Shown here piece after piece: positions 1 to 9,200 of a stretch of 64,000 bases of DNA; the first letter of the stretch is position 1; each line of letters opens with the position of its first letter. The notes beneath the pieces were generated by a model that was given only the letters and a program-made list of their open reading frames with translations, was not told the origin of the DNA and did not search any database. This DNA comes from Gemmatimonadota bacterium. Its GTDB lineage: Bacteria > Gemmatimonadota > Gemmatimonadetes > Palauibacterales > Palauibacteraceae. The position numbers were made by a program, and so were the translations under genes. The stretch lies in contig JBDHAC010000006.1 of the NCBI GenBank assembly GCA_039588275.1, positions 58,807-122,806 on the forward strand. The letters run 5' to 3'.

Positions 1-83
1 AGGAAGGGATCGATCAGCAGCCGCGTGCCGTCGGCGGCCGTGATCTCGGTGCATGCGTGCCCGTGGAAGATCAGTCTACCCAT
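1..83 (-). CDS. Metal-dependent hydrolase, MBL fold (UPF0173-like), N-terminal part only; runs off window
   Basis: Manual translation MGRLIFHGHACTEITAADGTRLLIDPF: GH(A/S)C...LLIDPF start typical of the family; GGAGG RBS upstream; not in ORF track. Confidence 0.75.
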   Translation of the reverse strand, partial: MGRLIFHGHACTEITAADGTRLLIDPF

Positions 84-99
84 CTCTCATATCCTCCGG

Positions 100-1446
100 T
101 CACCCCCCCGATGCTTCGGAGAGGAAGGCCACCAGGCGGTCGATATCCTCTTTGCGGTGCTTCTCCGTGAAGGCGAGCAGGAGCCCGTCCTCCACGCCCA
201 GGTCGGGCATCCTCGACAGGTAAACCCCCGCGAGGAGTCCTTCTTTCAATCCGTCCCGGACCACGTCCTGCCCGGGGCGCCCGGTCTTAATCACGAACTC
301 CCGGAAGAAGGGAGCCTCGGGGAATACGGGCTCGAGCCCGGCATCGGTGAGAGCCTCGTGCGCGTAGTGGGCGTTCTGCACCGAAACGAGCGCGACTTCG
401 CGAAGCCCATCGCGACCGAGCAGCGCGAGGTGTATCGTCGCGGCCAGCGCGTTAAGCCCCTGGTTCGTGCAGATGTTGCTCGTCGCCTTCTCGCGGCGGA
501 TCTGCTGCTCACGGGTCTGTAGGGTCAGCACGTAGCCGCGCCGGCCCTCGACGTCGGTCGTCGCGCCCACGATGCGTCCGGGCATCTTCCGGATCAGCTT
601 CCCGGTGGCGGCGAACAACCCCACCACCGGCCCGCCGAAGTTGGGCGCGTTCCCGAACGGCTGCCCCTCGGCCGCCACCAGGTCGGCTCCGCACTCCCCG
701 GGGGTCCTCAACAGGGCGAGGCTGAGAGGATCGGCCACCACGACGATCACGAGGGCACCGTGCTCGTGCGCCGCGGCCGCGAGCGGCTCCACATCCTCGA
801 TCACGCCGTAGAAGTTCGGATTTTGGACGATCAGAGCGGCCGTCTCATCGTCGATCGCCTCGGCCACCGAGGCCGCGTCGACTCGCCCGTCAGAGCCGAT
901 CGGTACCCGGACGACCTCCATTTCCTGGCCGGCCAGGTAGGTGCGCAACACCCGCCGGTAGTGCTTGTGCAGCCCGCCTGCCGCCACCACGCGGTTCCGG
1001 CGAGTTGCCGACAGCGCCACGAGTACCGCTTCGGCCGCCGCCGAAGCGCCGTCGTACATGGATGCGTTCGCCACCTCCATCCCGGTGAGCTCGCACACCA
1101 TGGTCTGAAACTCGTAGATCGACTGCAGCGTGCCCTGGGCCACTTCGGGCTGGTAGGGCGTGTACGCAGTGTAGAACTCGCTCCGTCGGATCAGATGGTC
1201 GACGGCGGCCGGGACGTGATGGTCGTAGATGCCGGCGCCGGCGAAGCTCAACAGGGGGTGGTTCTCGGAAGCGTACGAATCGAGCAGCCGTACCGCCTCC
1301 GCCTCGGAGAGCGCCGACGGCATGTTCAGCGGCTCGCTGAGGCGGATATCGGCCGGGATGTCCGAGTACAGATCGTCTACGCTCGAAACGCCCGCGGCAG
1401 CGAGCATCTCGGCGCGATCGGCGTCGCTGTGGGGAACGAACGACAT
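100..1446 (-). CDS. gcvPA: Glycine dehydrogenase (decarboxylating) subunit 1
   Basis: FYTAYTPYQPEVAQG, NASMYDGAS, LQTREQQIRREKATSNICTN motifs; next to gcvH. Confidence 0.97.
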   Translation of the reverse strand: MSFVPHSDADRAEMLAAAGVSSVDDLYSDIPADIRLSEPLNMPSALSEAEAVRLLDSYASENHPLLSFAGAGIYDHHVPAAVDHLIRRSEFYTAYTPYQPEVAQGTLQSIYEFQTMVCELTGMEVANASMYDGASAAAEAVLVALSATRRNRVVAAGGLHKHYRRVLRTYLAGQEMEVVRVPIGSDGRVDAASVAEAIDDETAALIVQNPNFYGVIEDVEPLAAAAHEHGALVIVVVADPLSLALLRTPGECGADLVAAEGQPFGNAPNFGGPVVGLFAATGKLIRKMPGRIVGATTDVEGRRGYVLTLQTREQQIRREKATSNICTNQGLNALAATIHLALLGRDGLREVALVSVQNAHYAHEALTDAGLEPVFPEAPFFREFVIKTGRPGQDVVRDGLKEGLLAGVYLSRMPDLGVEDGLLLAFTEKHRKEDIDRLVAFLSEASGG

Positions 1447-1580
1447 TTACGTTTCTCTAGCAGGCCGCTGACGGCCCGCATCTGTAGGAGCCCGGGGGCT
1501 TCGCCACCGCCGGCAGCGAAACCGAGGAGGCCGGTGCGAGCGGGAGTCCGCGCCGGACGCGGGGCTCCGGTTCGCTTGGC

Positions 1581-1979
1581 TCAGGCCTCCTCGTCCCCGA
1601 TGTGTTTGCCGTAATCTTCTGCCGAGAGGAGTTCATCCAGCTGTGTGGCATCGTCCACGCGCAGCCGGATCATCCACCCCTCGCCGTACGGGTCCGTGTT
1701 GACGAGGGCCGGATCGTCTTCGAGCGCGGCGTTGATCTCGACGATCTCGCCGGCCAACGGGCTGTAGAGCTCCGAGACCGCCTTGACGGCCTCGATCGTT
1801 CCGAACGAGTCCATGCGGGCGTACCGGTCACCTGACTCCGGGAGCTCGACATACACGACATCCCCGAGCTCTCCCTGCGCATAGTCGGTGATTCCGACGA
1901 GCACCACACCCTCTTCGTCGGTCTCGCGAACGTACTCGTGCTCCTCGGTATACTTCAGGCTGCTCGGGATTTCGGACAT
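1581..1979 (-). CDS. gcvH: Glycine cleavage system H protein
   Basis: GITDYAQGELGDVVYV, lipoyl-Lys EAVKAVSE, NTDPYGEGW. Confidence 0.98.
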   Translation of the reverse strand: MSEIPSSLKYTEEHEYVRETDEEGVVLVGITDYAQGELGDVVYVELPESGDRYARMDSFGTIEAVKAVSELYSPLAGEIVEINAALEDDPALVNTDPYGEGWMIRLRVDDATQLDELLSAEDYGKHIGDEEA

Positions 1980-2194
1980 CTTCGCCTCGTTCTTTTTCCG
2001 ACCCGCTTTCCGTCATTCAGGAAGGCCGGGGGGTGAGAATATCCGAGCCGTGCAGTGGAGCGTCAAGGAGCGCTGCGGGCGCGATCAGAGCCCGTGGCGG
2101 CAGGCCGCCAGGAGACCCGACACGGGCCCTCCTGGAGGCGCGGCGGCGTGAGGATTCCCGGGCAGTGGCCGACCCGTGTGCCGGCCGCCTCCGA

Positions 2195-2899
2195 TCAGCT
2201 CTCGGTGCCCGGGTCCCCTGCCTGGAGCCGAGCGCGGGCCTGCCGCTCGGCCTTGAGCCTCTTGCGTGCCTGCCGATCGGTCTCGCCGGAGAGTCGTTCC
2301 TTGATGTCCACCCCGGCCATCATCGCGAAGCCGTTCACCTTGATGACCGGTGCGTCAGGGTTGGCGGGCCGGCTCGGCTCCTCGGCCCCGAACCCGCCCA
2401 TGATCGCCACTCCGCTGGACTCGACCCGCACGCCGGGCGGGACGATGATATCGACACCGCCCATCAACGAGATCACGGTCACCCGGGTGACGGGTGAGGC
2501 AAAATCGGCGTCGCGGAAGTCGAGCTCGGCGCCACCCATGATCGCGAGCACGGTGAGCTGCTTGGGCGGCGTCCACATCCCCTTCCGCTCTACTCCCCCC
2601 ATGACCGCGACGAGGAAGTCGCGCTCGCTGACGGGGAGCGTCGGATCTACGACGACCGGAGGAACGGCGGGATGCAGCTCGGACTTGGCGGGAGGCGCGC
2701 CCGGCTCGACCAGCGCGGGGAGGTCCGACTCGAGCGCCACGAGCTCCGTCTTCTCGCGCGCCGCGTAGGCGAGGTCCAGACGGCGTTCGAAGTCATCCAC
2801 GCCGAGGTGATCGCGCGCGAAATGCGTGCACAGCCGCTTGACGACCCGCTCTCGCTCCTGAGGCGTGATCGGCTGGGCCGGAAGATGGTCGTCCGTCAT
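2195..2899 (-). CDS. DUF1707 (SHOCT-like) plus LiaF/DUF2154-like domain protein
   Basis: ERERVVKRLCTHFARDHL..DDFERRLDLAY N-terminus and MGGAELDFRDA/MGGVDIIVP repeats; start moved to MTDDH. Confidence 0.8.
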   Translation of the reverse strand: MTDDHLPAQPITPQERERVVKRLCTHFARDHLGVDDFERRLDLAYAAREKTELVALESDLPALVEPGAPPAKSELHPAVPPVVVDPTLPVSERDFLVAVMGGVERKGMWTPPKQLTVLAIMGGAELDFRDADFASPVTRVTVISLMGGVDIIVPPGVRVESSGVAIMGGFGAEEPSRPANPDAPVIKVNGFAMMAGVDIKERLSGETDRQARKRLKAERQARARLQAGDPGTES

Positions 2900-3005
2900 C
2901 GTTCGTTCGTCATCGGTTGATTCTCTGCAAGCTCCCGTGGTCGGGCAAGCTGGCCCTCTCCGCGTCCGGATCGTGAGCCGAAGTCGGGACGGGGACCGAC
3001 ATCGC

Positions 3006-3034
3006 TTGCCCGGGAGGCGACCGGGCTCCAGAAT
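3006..3034 (+). promoter_or_regulatory. Candidate sigma70 promoter for small transcript/dapF
   Basis: TTGCCC-17 nt-CAGAAT. Confidence 0.4.
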
Positions 3035-3040
3035 ACGCGT

Positions 3041-3298
3041 CATACTACTGGCGCCCTATCGTGAAACCTTGTGAAAGGAGGTGATCCAGTGTCTGATGGG
3101 AGTAGACCGGGTCTAACTCGACACGGGCAAGCGATCGCCTCAGCGCAGGAGTAGCACACCGGACTCGGGAAAGTTGCGTTGAGTTGACCACACGCCGACC
3201 TGATCAGGAGCGAGCCCCGGCTGGGCATCGCGTCGAGTTAGGTCCGAACTGAACACGACGGCCGCAGGCGCGACACGAGCCTGCGGCCGTCGTGTATT
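3041..3298 (+). ncRNA. Putative structured small RNA (or short-peptide mRNA) with 16S-3'-end complement
   Basis: AAAGGAGGTGATCCAG at 3074-3089; 15-bp long-range stem 3108-3122/3232-3246 with 2 G-U pairs; inner stem CTCAGCGCA/TGCGTTGAG; 17-bp 3' hairpin. Confidence 0.55.
3253..3295 (+). terminator. Perfect 17-bp hairpin (terminator-like, weak U tail)
   Basis: ACACGACGGCCGCAGGC (3253-3269) / GCCTGCGGCCGTCGTGT (3279-3295). Confidence 0.65.
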
Positions 3299-3345
3299 CG
3301 ATATCCAGCGGAGCCGTGGTCGAGACCGCGGAAGGTTCAGGGTAC

Positions 3346-4149
3346 ATGCCTCGCTTCAGCAAATACACCGGCGCGGGGAACGACTTCGCCCTCGTGCGCG
3401 CGGAGGAGGTGGGTATGGGCGATCCCTCGGGCCTGTCTCGCAGGATCTGCCCCCGGGAAACCGGTGTCGGCGTCGACGGCTTGATTCTCGTCCGCAGCCT
3501 GTCCGACGACCACATTCGATTGCGCTTCTTCAACCCCGACGGGTCCGAGTTCGGGACGTGCGGCAACGGCAGTCGGTGTGCGGCCCGGTACGCCGTGGAA
3601 CGAGGCCTGGTGCCGGAGCCCGAACTGACGCTCGTGACGGACGACGGTGAGATCGATGCGCGCGTCGGGGAGGAGGTCGTCGCGCTCGACTACCGCATCG
3701 AAGCCGTGCTCGAGCGTGAGGTCCGGGTAGAGGTCGCGGGCTCCGGCCGGAAAGGGTGGCTGGTGCAGATCGGCACGCCCCATCTCGTGGTCCTGCTCGA
3801 CTCCGTCGAGCTCCCGGACTTCGACTCCGCCTGTCGGCCGATCCGGTCCCACGCGGAGCTGGGCTCAGAGGGGGCCAACGTCGACCTGGTCGCCGCCACC
3901 GGTACCGATTCGGTCTCGATCCGCACGTTCGAACGGGGGGTCGAGGGCGAGACCCTGGCCTGTGGTAGCGGCGCAATGGCTACCGCGCTCGCGCTCCGAG
4001 CGGCCGGTCTGTCGAACAAGCGGCTCACCCTCGAGACGCGGAGCGGGGCCGCGCTCACCGTCGAGCTGCGCGACCGCGAATCGCTCATCCGGCTCTCCGG
4101 ACCCGCACGACACGTGTTCGACGGCGTCTACCCCGACACCGCCGAGTGA
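3346..4149 (+). CDS. dapF: Diaminopimelate epimerase
   Basis: KYTGAGNDF, NPDGSEFGTCGNGSRC, FERGVEGETLACGSG. Confidence 0.93.
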   Translation: MPRFSKYTGAGNDFALVRAEEVGMGDPSGLSRRICPRETGVGVDGLILVRSLSDDHIRLRFFNPDGSEFGTCGNGSRCAARYAVERGLVPEPELTLVTDDGEIDARVGEEVVALDYRIEAVLEREVRVEVAGSGRKGWLVQIGTPHLVVLLDSVELPDFDSACRPIRSHAELGSEGANVDLVAATGTDSVSIRTFERGVEGETLACGSGAMATALALRAAGLSNKRLTLETRSGAALTVELRDRESLIRLSGPARHVFDGVYPDTAE

Positions 4150-5249
4150 CCTCCAGGGCTCCGCCCTCCACACATCCGCAGCGGGTGGCCTCTCACCTCC
4201 TCGATTGGTACGAGAGGCACGAGCGTGACGTGCCCTGGAGAGACGAGCGGGATCCGTACCGGATCTGGGTCGCCGAGATCATGGCGCAGCAGACCCGCAT
4301 CGATACCGTCCGTCCGTTTTACCTCCGCTTTCTGAACCGCTTCCCGGACATCTACGCGCTCGCGGAGGCTCGGCTGGACGCCGTGCTCAAGTCCTGGGAA
4401 GGGTTGGGGTACTACGCGCGGGCGAGAAACCTCCACGCTGCCGCGCGGGAGATCGTGGCCGACTATGGAGGCGCGCTCCCTCGAGACCCGGATCGGCTGC
4501 GCCAACTCCCGGGGATCGGACCGTACACGGCGGGGGCGATCGCGAGCATGGCGTTCGAGCGCAGGGAACCGGCGGTCGATGGTAACGCACGCCGTGTGCT
4601 GTCTCGCCTGTTCGATCTCGAGGCGCCCACGGGCGCGGTCCTCGATGCCAGCGCCCGGGAGCTTCTGGCATGGTGTGCGCGCCGACCGGCTCGGCTCAAC
4701 CAGGCGCTCATGGACCTGGGCGGCGCGATCTGCACGCCGAGGCAGCCACGATGCGGTGATTGCCCGCTCGAGAACGATTGCCTGGCGCGGGCGCGCGACA
4801 CGGTCTCGGAGCGCCCCGTCCGACGGCCTCGGGAGCCGCTCCCACACTACGATGTGGCCGTCGGCGTGGTCTCGAAGGACAGTCGTCTCCTGATCGCGCG
4901 CCGACCCGAGGATGCCCTGCTGGGCGGCCTTTGGGAGTTCCCGGGTGGGAAGATCGAGCCGCACGAGACTGCTCCCGCCGCGGTGGAGCGCGAGCTACGC
5001 GAGGAACTGGAAGTGGAGGTTCGGGCTCGGGAGCTCATTGGCCGTGTGCAGCACGCGTACAGCCATTTCCGCGTCACCCTGCACACCTACCATGCGGACT
5101 GGGTGTCCGGTGAGCCGCGGCCCCACGCGGCGACGGCCTGGCTGTGGGTCGAACCGAACCGGCTGGAGGAGTTCGCGTTTCCAAAGGGAAGCCTGCGGAT
5201 TATCGAGCTGGTGCGTCGACGGGCGGAGGTCATCGACCCGGCGGAATAA
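4146..5249 (+). CDS. mutY: A/G-specific adenine glycosylase with C-terminal NUDIX-like domain
   Basis: WEGLGYYARARNLH, LPGIGPYTAGAI (HhH), CTPRQPRCGDCPLENDC Fe-S motif, GLWEFPGG. Confidence 0.97.
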   Translation: MTSRAPPSTHPQRVASHLLDWYERHERDVPWRDERDPYRIWVAEIMAQQTRIDTVRPFYLRFLNRFPDIYALAEARLDAVLKSWEGLGYYARARNLHAAAREIVADYGGALPRDPDRLRQLPGIGPYTAGAIASMAFERREPAVDGNARRVLSRLFDLEAPTGAVLDASARELLAWCARRPARLNQALMDLGGAICTPRQPRCGDCPLENDCLARARDTVSERPVRRPREPLPHYDVAVGVVSKDSRLLIARRPEDALLGGLWEFPGGKIEPHETAPAAVERELREELEVEVRARELIGRVQHAYSHFRVTLHTYHADWVSGEPRPHAATAWLWVEPNRLEEFAFPKGSLRIIELVRRRAEVIDPAE

Positions 5250-5281
5250 CGCGCGGGAGGGGTGTACAACGCCGACTCCGC

Positions 5282-6061
5282 CTACCGACCTCCCCCGAGC
5301 TCGTCCGCGAGCCCCGCACCTAACTCTCTCACGTACTCCAGGTGTGCCCGGACCGAGAGGTCCGCGGCCTCGGCCACGCGCGGATCGGGCAGGTCGCCGT
5401 ACACCGCCGCACGTATCTCCGCCACCGTGCGCGCACCCCGAACCGTGATGGCTTCCACGATCTCGCGCTGCCGTTCCAGGCGATGATCGCGGTACTCCTC
5501 GAGCTTGCCGATGGCGTCTTCCACGGGAGGGCCGTGACCGGGGAAAAGGATCATCGGAGCGAGCTCGATGAGTCGGTTCAGGCTTGCCAGGTAGTCGGCG
5601 ACCGAGCCGTCGGGGTGCGCGACCATGCTGCTCCCCTCACCCAGCACCAGGTCGCCCGTGAACAGCGCCCGCGTGGGGTGCCACAGGTAGCTCAAGCCGT
5701 CGCCGGAATGGCCGGGGGTGTGGAGCGCTTCGAGCGAGGTTTTCCCGGAATCCACCTCGATCACGTCGCCGTCGGCGAGCGATCGGCCGCGAAGGCCCAG
5801 CCGCCGCAGCGTCTCGGCCGACGCGGCTACCGGGGCACCGAGCCGCGCCATCAACTCGCTCGCCGCATCTGCATGGTCCGCGTGCGCGTGTGTGAGGCAG
5901 ATCGTCGTGGGACGCTCCTTCGCCGCGCGTTGGAGCAACGCCAGATGCGGGTCCAGCGCCGGGCCCGGGTCGATCAGCACGAGCTGGCTCTCTCCGAGCA
6001 GGTAAGAGCACGTGCCATCCAGCGTGAGCGGCCCGGGGTTGCTCGCCCGGATGCGCTGCAA
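5282..6061 (-). CDS. MBL-fold metallo-hydrolase (LACTB2-like)
   Basis: NPGPLTLDGT, THAHADH, HTPGHS, FTGD, PGHG. Confidence 0.9.
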   Translation of the reverse strand: MQRIRASNPGPLTLDGTCSYLLGESQLVLIDPGPALDPHLALLQRAAKERPTTICLTHAHADHADAASELMARLGAPVAASAETLRRLGLRGRSLADGDVIEVDSGKTSLEALHTPGHSGDGLSYLWHPTRALFTGDLVLGEGSSMVAHPDGSVADYLASLNRLIELAPMILFPGHGPPVEDAIGKLEEYRDHRLERQREIVEAITVRGARTVAEIRAAVYGDLPDPRVAEAADLSVRAHLEYVRELGAGLADELGGGR

Positions 6062-6093
6062 CTCCGGCCGGAGCCGATCCGACGACGGCGATT

Positions 6094-6918
6094 CTATGGC
6101 GCCTCCTCATAGCCCGGATCCCCGGGCATGAGGGGAAGGAAGCGGTCGCCGCGCACCTCCAGCTTGGCGAGGATGGGCTCGACCTTCCGCCTTCCCAGAG
6201 ACTCCAGCGCCCCGCGGAGGGTGTCGAAGCCGGCCAGGGCCTCGAGCGTCTTCCAGGTCGGGTACAGCATCGGGAGCTCGCCCGCACGAAGCCCCTCGAG
6301 CGCCGCGCACGGAGAGGCCCAGATGTGGGCGGTATGCTCGCCGGTCAGCTCGGGTGGCCCACCCGTGCCCCGCGCCAGAAAGAAGCGCGTGTCGTAGCGG
6401 CGTGTCAGCTGGCGGGGCGTGATCCAGCGGGAGAAGTAGACCGCTTCGAGGTTGCGAAACGTGAGGACCAACTCGGTCACGAGCACGCTGAAGTCGATCT
6501 CGCCCGCCAGCAGTCGTGCGCGGGCTCGCCGCACCGCTGTATCGGCCTGTGCGGCGCTCGCGCCGAGCTGGTCCGCCGGTAGCAGGCCCGTCTCCTCGAA
6601 CAGCTCCCTGAGCGCGGCCACCAGCGCGGCCCGCTCGGCGCCGGCATGGTCGGGCCGGAGCACCTGCTGCAGGGCTGTATCCCCGTCCGCCTCATCGATG
6701 ACGCCTCCGGGGAATACGTAGGCGCCGGCCGCGAAACGCGCGGTGTCGGGTCGACGGAGAAGCAGCACCTCGAACCGGTCGCGGTCCGCCTCGCGCGCGA
6801 GCACGATCGTCGCGGCGGGGCGGGGGTCGACGGGCTGCTCGCCTGGCGCTATGTGGCCGCGTGCGAACTCCTGACGTTCGATTTGCTCGACGCGCGCCGC
6901 TTTGCCGCCGCCGGTCAT
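6094..6918 (-). CDS. NUDIX hydrolase (NUDT19-like)
   Basis: VFPGG...ALRELFEETG Nudix box; RWITP..RRYDTRFF. Confidence 0.9.
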   Translation of the reverse strand: MTGGGKAARVEQIERQEFARGHIAPGEQPVDPRPAATIVLAREADRDRFEVLLLRRPDTARFAAGAYVFPGGVIDEADGDTALQQVLRPDHAGAERAALVAALRELFEETGLLPADQLGASAAQADTAVRRARARLLAGEIDFSVLVTELVLTFRNLEAVYFSRWITPRQLTRRYDTRFFLARGTGGPPELTGEHTAHIWASPCAALEGLRAGELPMLYPTWKTLEALAGFDTLRGALESLGRRKVEPILAKLEVRGDRFLPLMPGDPGYEEAP

Positions 6919-6983
6919 GCGGTGGTCGCCTGCTGCGTCATCCGTGTCATCCGTCGGTCTGGCGACCCGTCACCCGGCCGTGC

Positions 6984-7736
6984 TCACGGAAGGTCCTGGA
7001 GAGGGAGCCCCTCCGCCATCCGCCACACCATGGCCACGATAAGCACCATCAGGGTCAGCAGGAGCCCTACGGGGATGAGGACCACGGCAGCCGCCCGGCC
7101 TCCCGTCGTCCGGTGCGCCTCTCGGATACCGATGATCTCCAGCACCATCCCCCAGACAAACCCTATGAGACCGCCGATGTACGGGACGACCGTGAAGACC
7201 GCCGGACCGGCGCTGTAGCACAGGACGCGGAGCGTGGCACCCAGACCGCGTCGCGTCGGGATGATCATGAGCACGAAGAGCTGCACGATGAGGCACCAGA
7301 TGACGAGGCCCAGCAATCCGGCGAACGGGCTCATGAAGAACTGCGTGAGCGCCGAGGGGCCCCGGAGGCCGTCGGCCGCCTCGTCGAACAGCGGGACGGA
7401 CTCCAGTCCGGCGGCCTGCCACCAGAGTGTGAACAACGCCGCCACGACCGTCAGGATCAGGAAATAGAGCAGCGGTCGGAGAGCGGGGGCTTCGTACGGG
7501 ACGCCTCGGAAGAAACGGCCGGGTTCCAGGATGCTGTCGCGCCACGTCCGCAGGATGTTCCGCGGGAATGGAACGTCGTCCTCCCAGGCTGGGGGGCTGG
7601 GCACCGCGGTGTCGCGCTCAGCGAGGTCGGTGGCGCCTGCCTTCGGCCCCCCAGCCCCTCCGCGCAGCGGGCTGCTGCACAGGGGGCAACTGTCGAGCCC
7701 CGTGCTCTCGTACCCGCAGTGAGGGCAAGTGGTCAT
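6984..7736 (-). CDS. Yip1-family membrane protein with N-terminal zinc ribbon
   Basis: CPHC..CPLC, PGRFFRGV, about 5 hydrophobic segments, TLRVLCYS. Confidence 0.8.
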   Translation of the reverse strand: MTTCPHCGYESTGLDSCPLCSSPLRGGAGGPKAGATDLAERDTAVPSPPAWEDDVPFPRNILRTWRDSILEPGRFFRGVPYEAPALRPLLYFLILTVVAALFTLWWQAAGLESVPLFDEAADGLRGPSALTQFFMSPFAGLLGLVIWCLIVQLFVLMIIPTRRGLGATLRVLCYSAGPAVFTVVPYIGGLIGFVWGMVLEIIGIREAHRTTGGRAAAVVLIPVGLLLTLMVLIVAMVWRMAEGLPLQDLP

Positions 7737-7791
7737 CGCGCGGGTCCTGCAGGCTTCCGGCCCCAGTCCATCCGCGCGCGCACGGACTCGA

Positions 7792-8895
7792 TCAGTCCAA
7801 CAACCGCAGCGGCATCACCAGGCACAGATAATCCGGCTGTCCGCTCGCGGGCGAGAAGGTGGCGGCCCGCTCCGGCGCCTTGAAGGTCATGCGGACATCC
7901 TCGTCCGGCAGGTAGCGAAGAATCTCGAGCAGGTACGTCGCGTTGAACCCGATCTCGAGCGGGTCGCCCCGATACTCCAGCTCCAGCTCGTCTTCCGCTT
8001 CGCCGAGGTCGGGGGTCTGCACTCGGAACTTCAGCACGCCCTCCTCGAAACTGAGACGTACGCGGTGCGTCTGATCGCTGGCTACGACCGCCATCCTCCG
8101 GATGGCCGCCTCGAACCCGGCCCGATTGGCGACCGCTTCCTTATCGTTATCCTTCGGGATGACCTGGTCATAGTTCGGGTACGGGCCCTCGATCAGACGC
8201 GTGTATACGACGCGGTCGGCCGACCGGAACGCCAGGTGGTTCTCCGAGCGCGCCAGCTCCAGCTCGTCCTTGGCGTCGTACAGCCGCTCCACCTGATTGA
8301 GCGCCTTCGGGGGGATGATCAGATCAGCCTCCGGGGCACCGCTACCCTCGAGCGCCTGGCGCATCTTCGCCAACCGATGGCCGTTCGTCGCCACCATCAC
8401 GCTTCCGTCCGGTCCCAGCTGCCACAGCACGCCGTTCAGGATCGGCCGGCTCTCCTCGGTCGAGACCGCGAAGCTCGTGTGCGAAATGAGCTGCTGCAGG
8501 TCACCCGCCGTCATCTTCCACGCCTCCGTGAAGTCGACCTCGGGGAAGCTCGGGAATTCATCCTCCGCCAATCCGTACAGCGTGAAACGGCTACGGCCGC
8601 AAGCGAGCTGTACCTGCGTACCGTCCGCCTCGATGTGGACGGGAGCATCGTCGAGCTCGCGCGCGATCTCGACCAACTTCTTTGCCGGAACCGTAACAGC
8701 ACCTTCGGCCTCGACATCCGCGGGCACCGATAGCGAGACCGAGATGTCCAGATCGGTACCGCTCAGCTGTAGGCTGCCATCGCTCGCCCGCATCAGGATG
8801 TTAGAGAGAACTGGCAGCGTCGTGCGAGTTGGAATTGCCGCGGCTACGGCGCCGAGGCCGCTCCGCAGGTTCTCGCGAGTGATGGCGAATTTCAT
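7792..8895 (-). CDS. dnaN: DNA polymerase III beta sliding clamp
   Basis: ESRPILNGV, VATNGHRLA, IGFNATYL, LVMPLRL; downstream of dnaA. Confidence 0.98.
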   Translation of the reverse strand: MKFAITRENLRSGLGAVAAAIPTRTTLPVLSNILMRASDGSLQLSGTDLDISVSLSVPADVEAEGAVTVPAKKLVEIARELDDAPVHIEADGTQVQLACGRSRFTLYGLAEDEFPSFPEVDFTEAWKMTAGDLQQLISHTSFAVSTEESRPILNGVLWQLGPDGSVMVATNGHRLAKMRQALEGSGAPEADLIIPPKALNQVERLYDAKDELELARSENHLAFRSADRVVYTRLIEGPYPNYDQVIPKDNDKEAVANRAGFEAAIRRMAVVASDQTHRVRLSFEEGVLKFRVQTPDLGEAEDELELEYRGDPLEIGFNATYLLEILRYLPDEDVRMTFKAPERAATFSPASGQPDYLCLVMPLRLLD

Positions 8896-9200
8896 CTGCG
8901 CTCCGGTACCGTCCTACCCGGCCTTCGACCGAGCTCCGGGACGGGCATCAAGGTTTTCAAGGTCGGTGTCTTAGAGGGCTGTATGATATATGTAACCTCG
9001 TCGTAGTAGTAGGGTGTGTGAAGATGTGGATACACCCCGGATCTCGGCCGTACACGAAGGCGGACGAGGAGATGTAGCTGTGGAAACGTTCGGGATCCGC
9101 GTCGAAGGTCCGGGGGATGCCGATACGATCCGGGGGCGAGCCCTCGAATACTCCACACCCTCCACGCGCTCTCAACAAGTTCCCCTACGAACGGTTCCGC
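8896..9200. other. oriC: Chromosomal replication origin oriC (dnaA-dnaN spacer)
   Basis: AT-rich GTATGATATATGTAAC (8981-8996); DnaA-trio-like TAGTAGTAG (9004-9012); DnaA-box-like TGTGGATAC (9025-9033), TGTGGAAAC (9079-9087), TACTCCACA (9149-9157). Confidence 0.8.

Noticed and set aside
1980..2194. Glycine riboswitch upstream of gcvH
   Set aside because: No GGAGA..CCGAAG..CTCTCAGG core found on the minus strand
3074..3089. 16S rRNA gene fragment on the minus strand
   Set aside because: The match stops after 16 nt; the flanks do not continue as 16S (no CCGCAGGTTCCCCTAC-like sequence)
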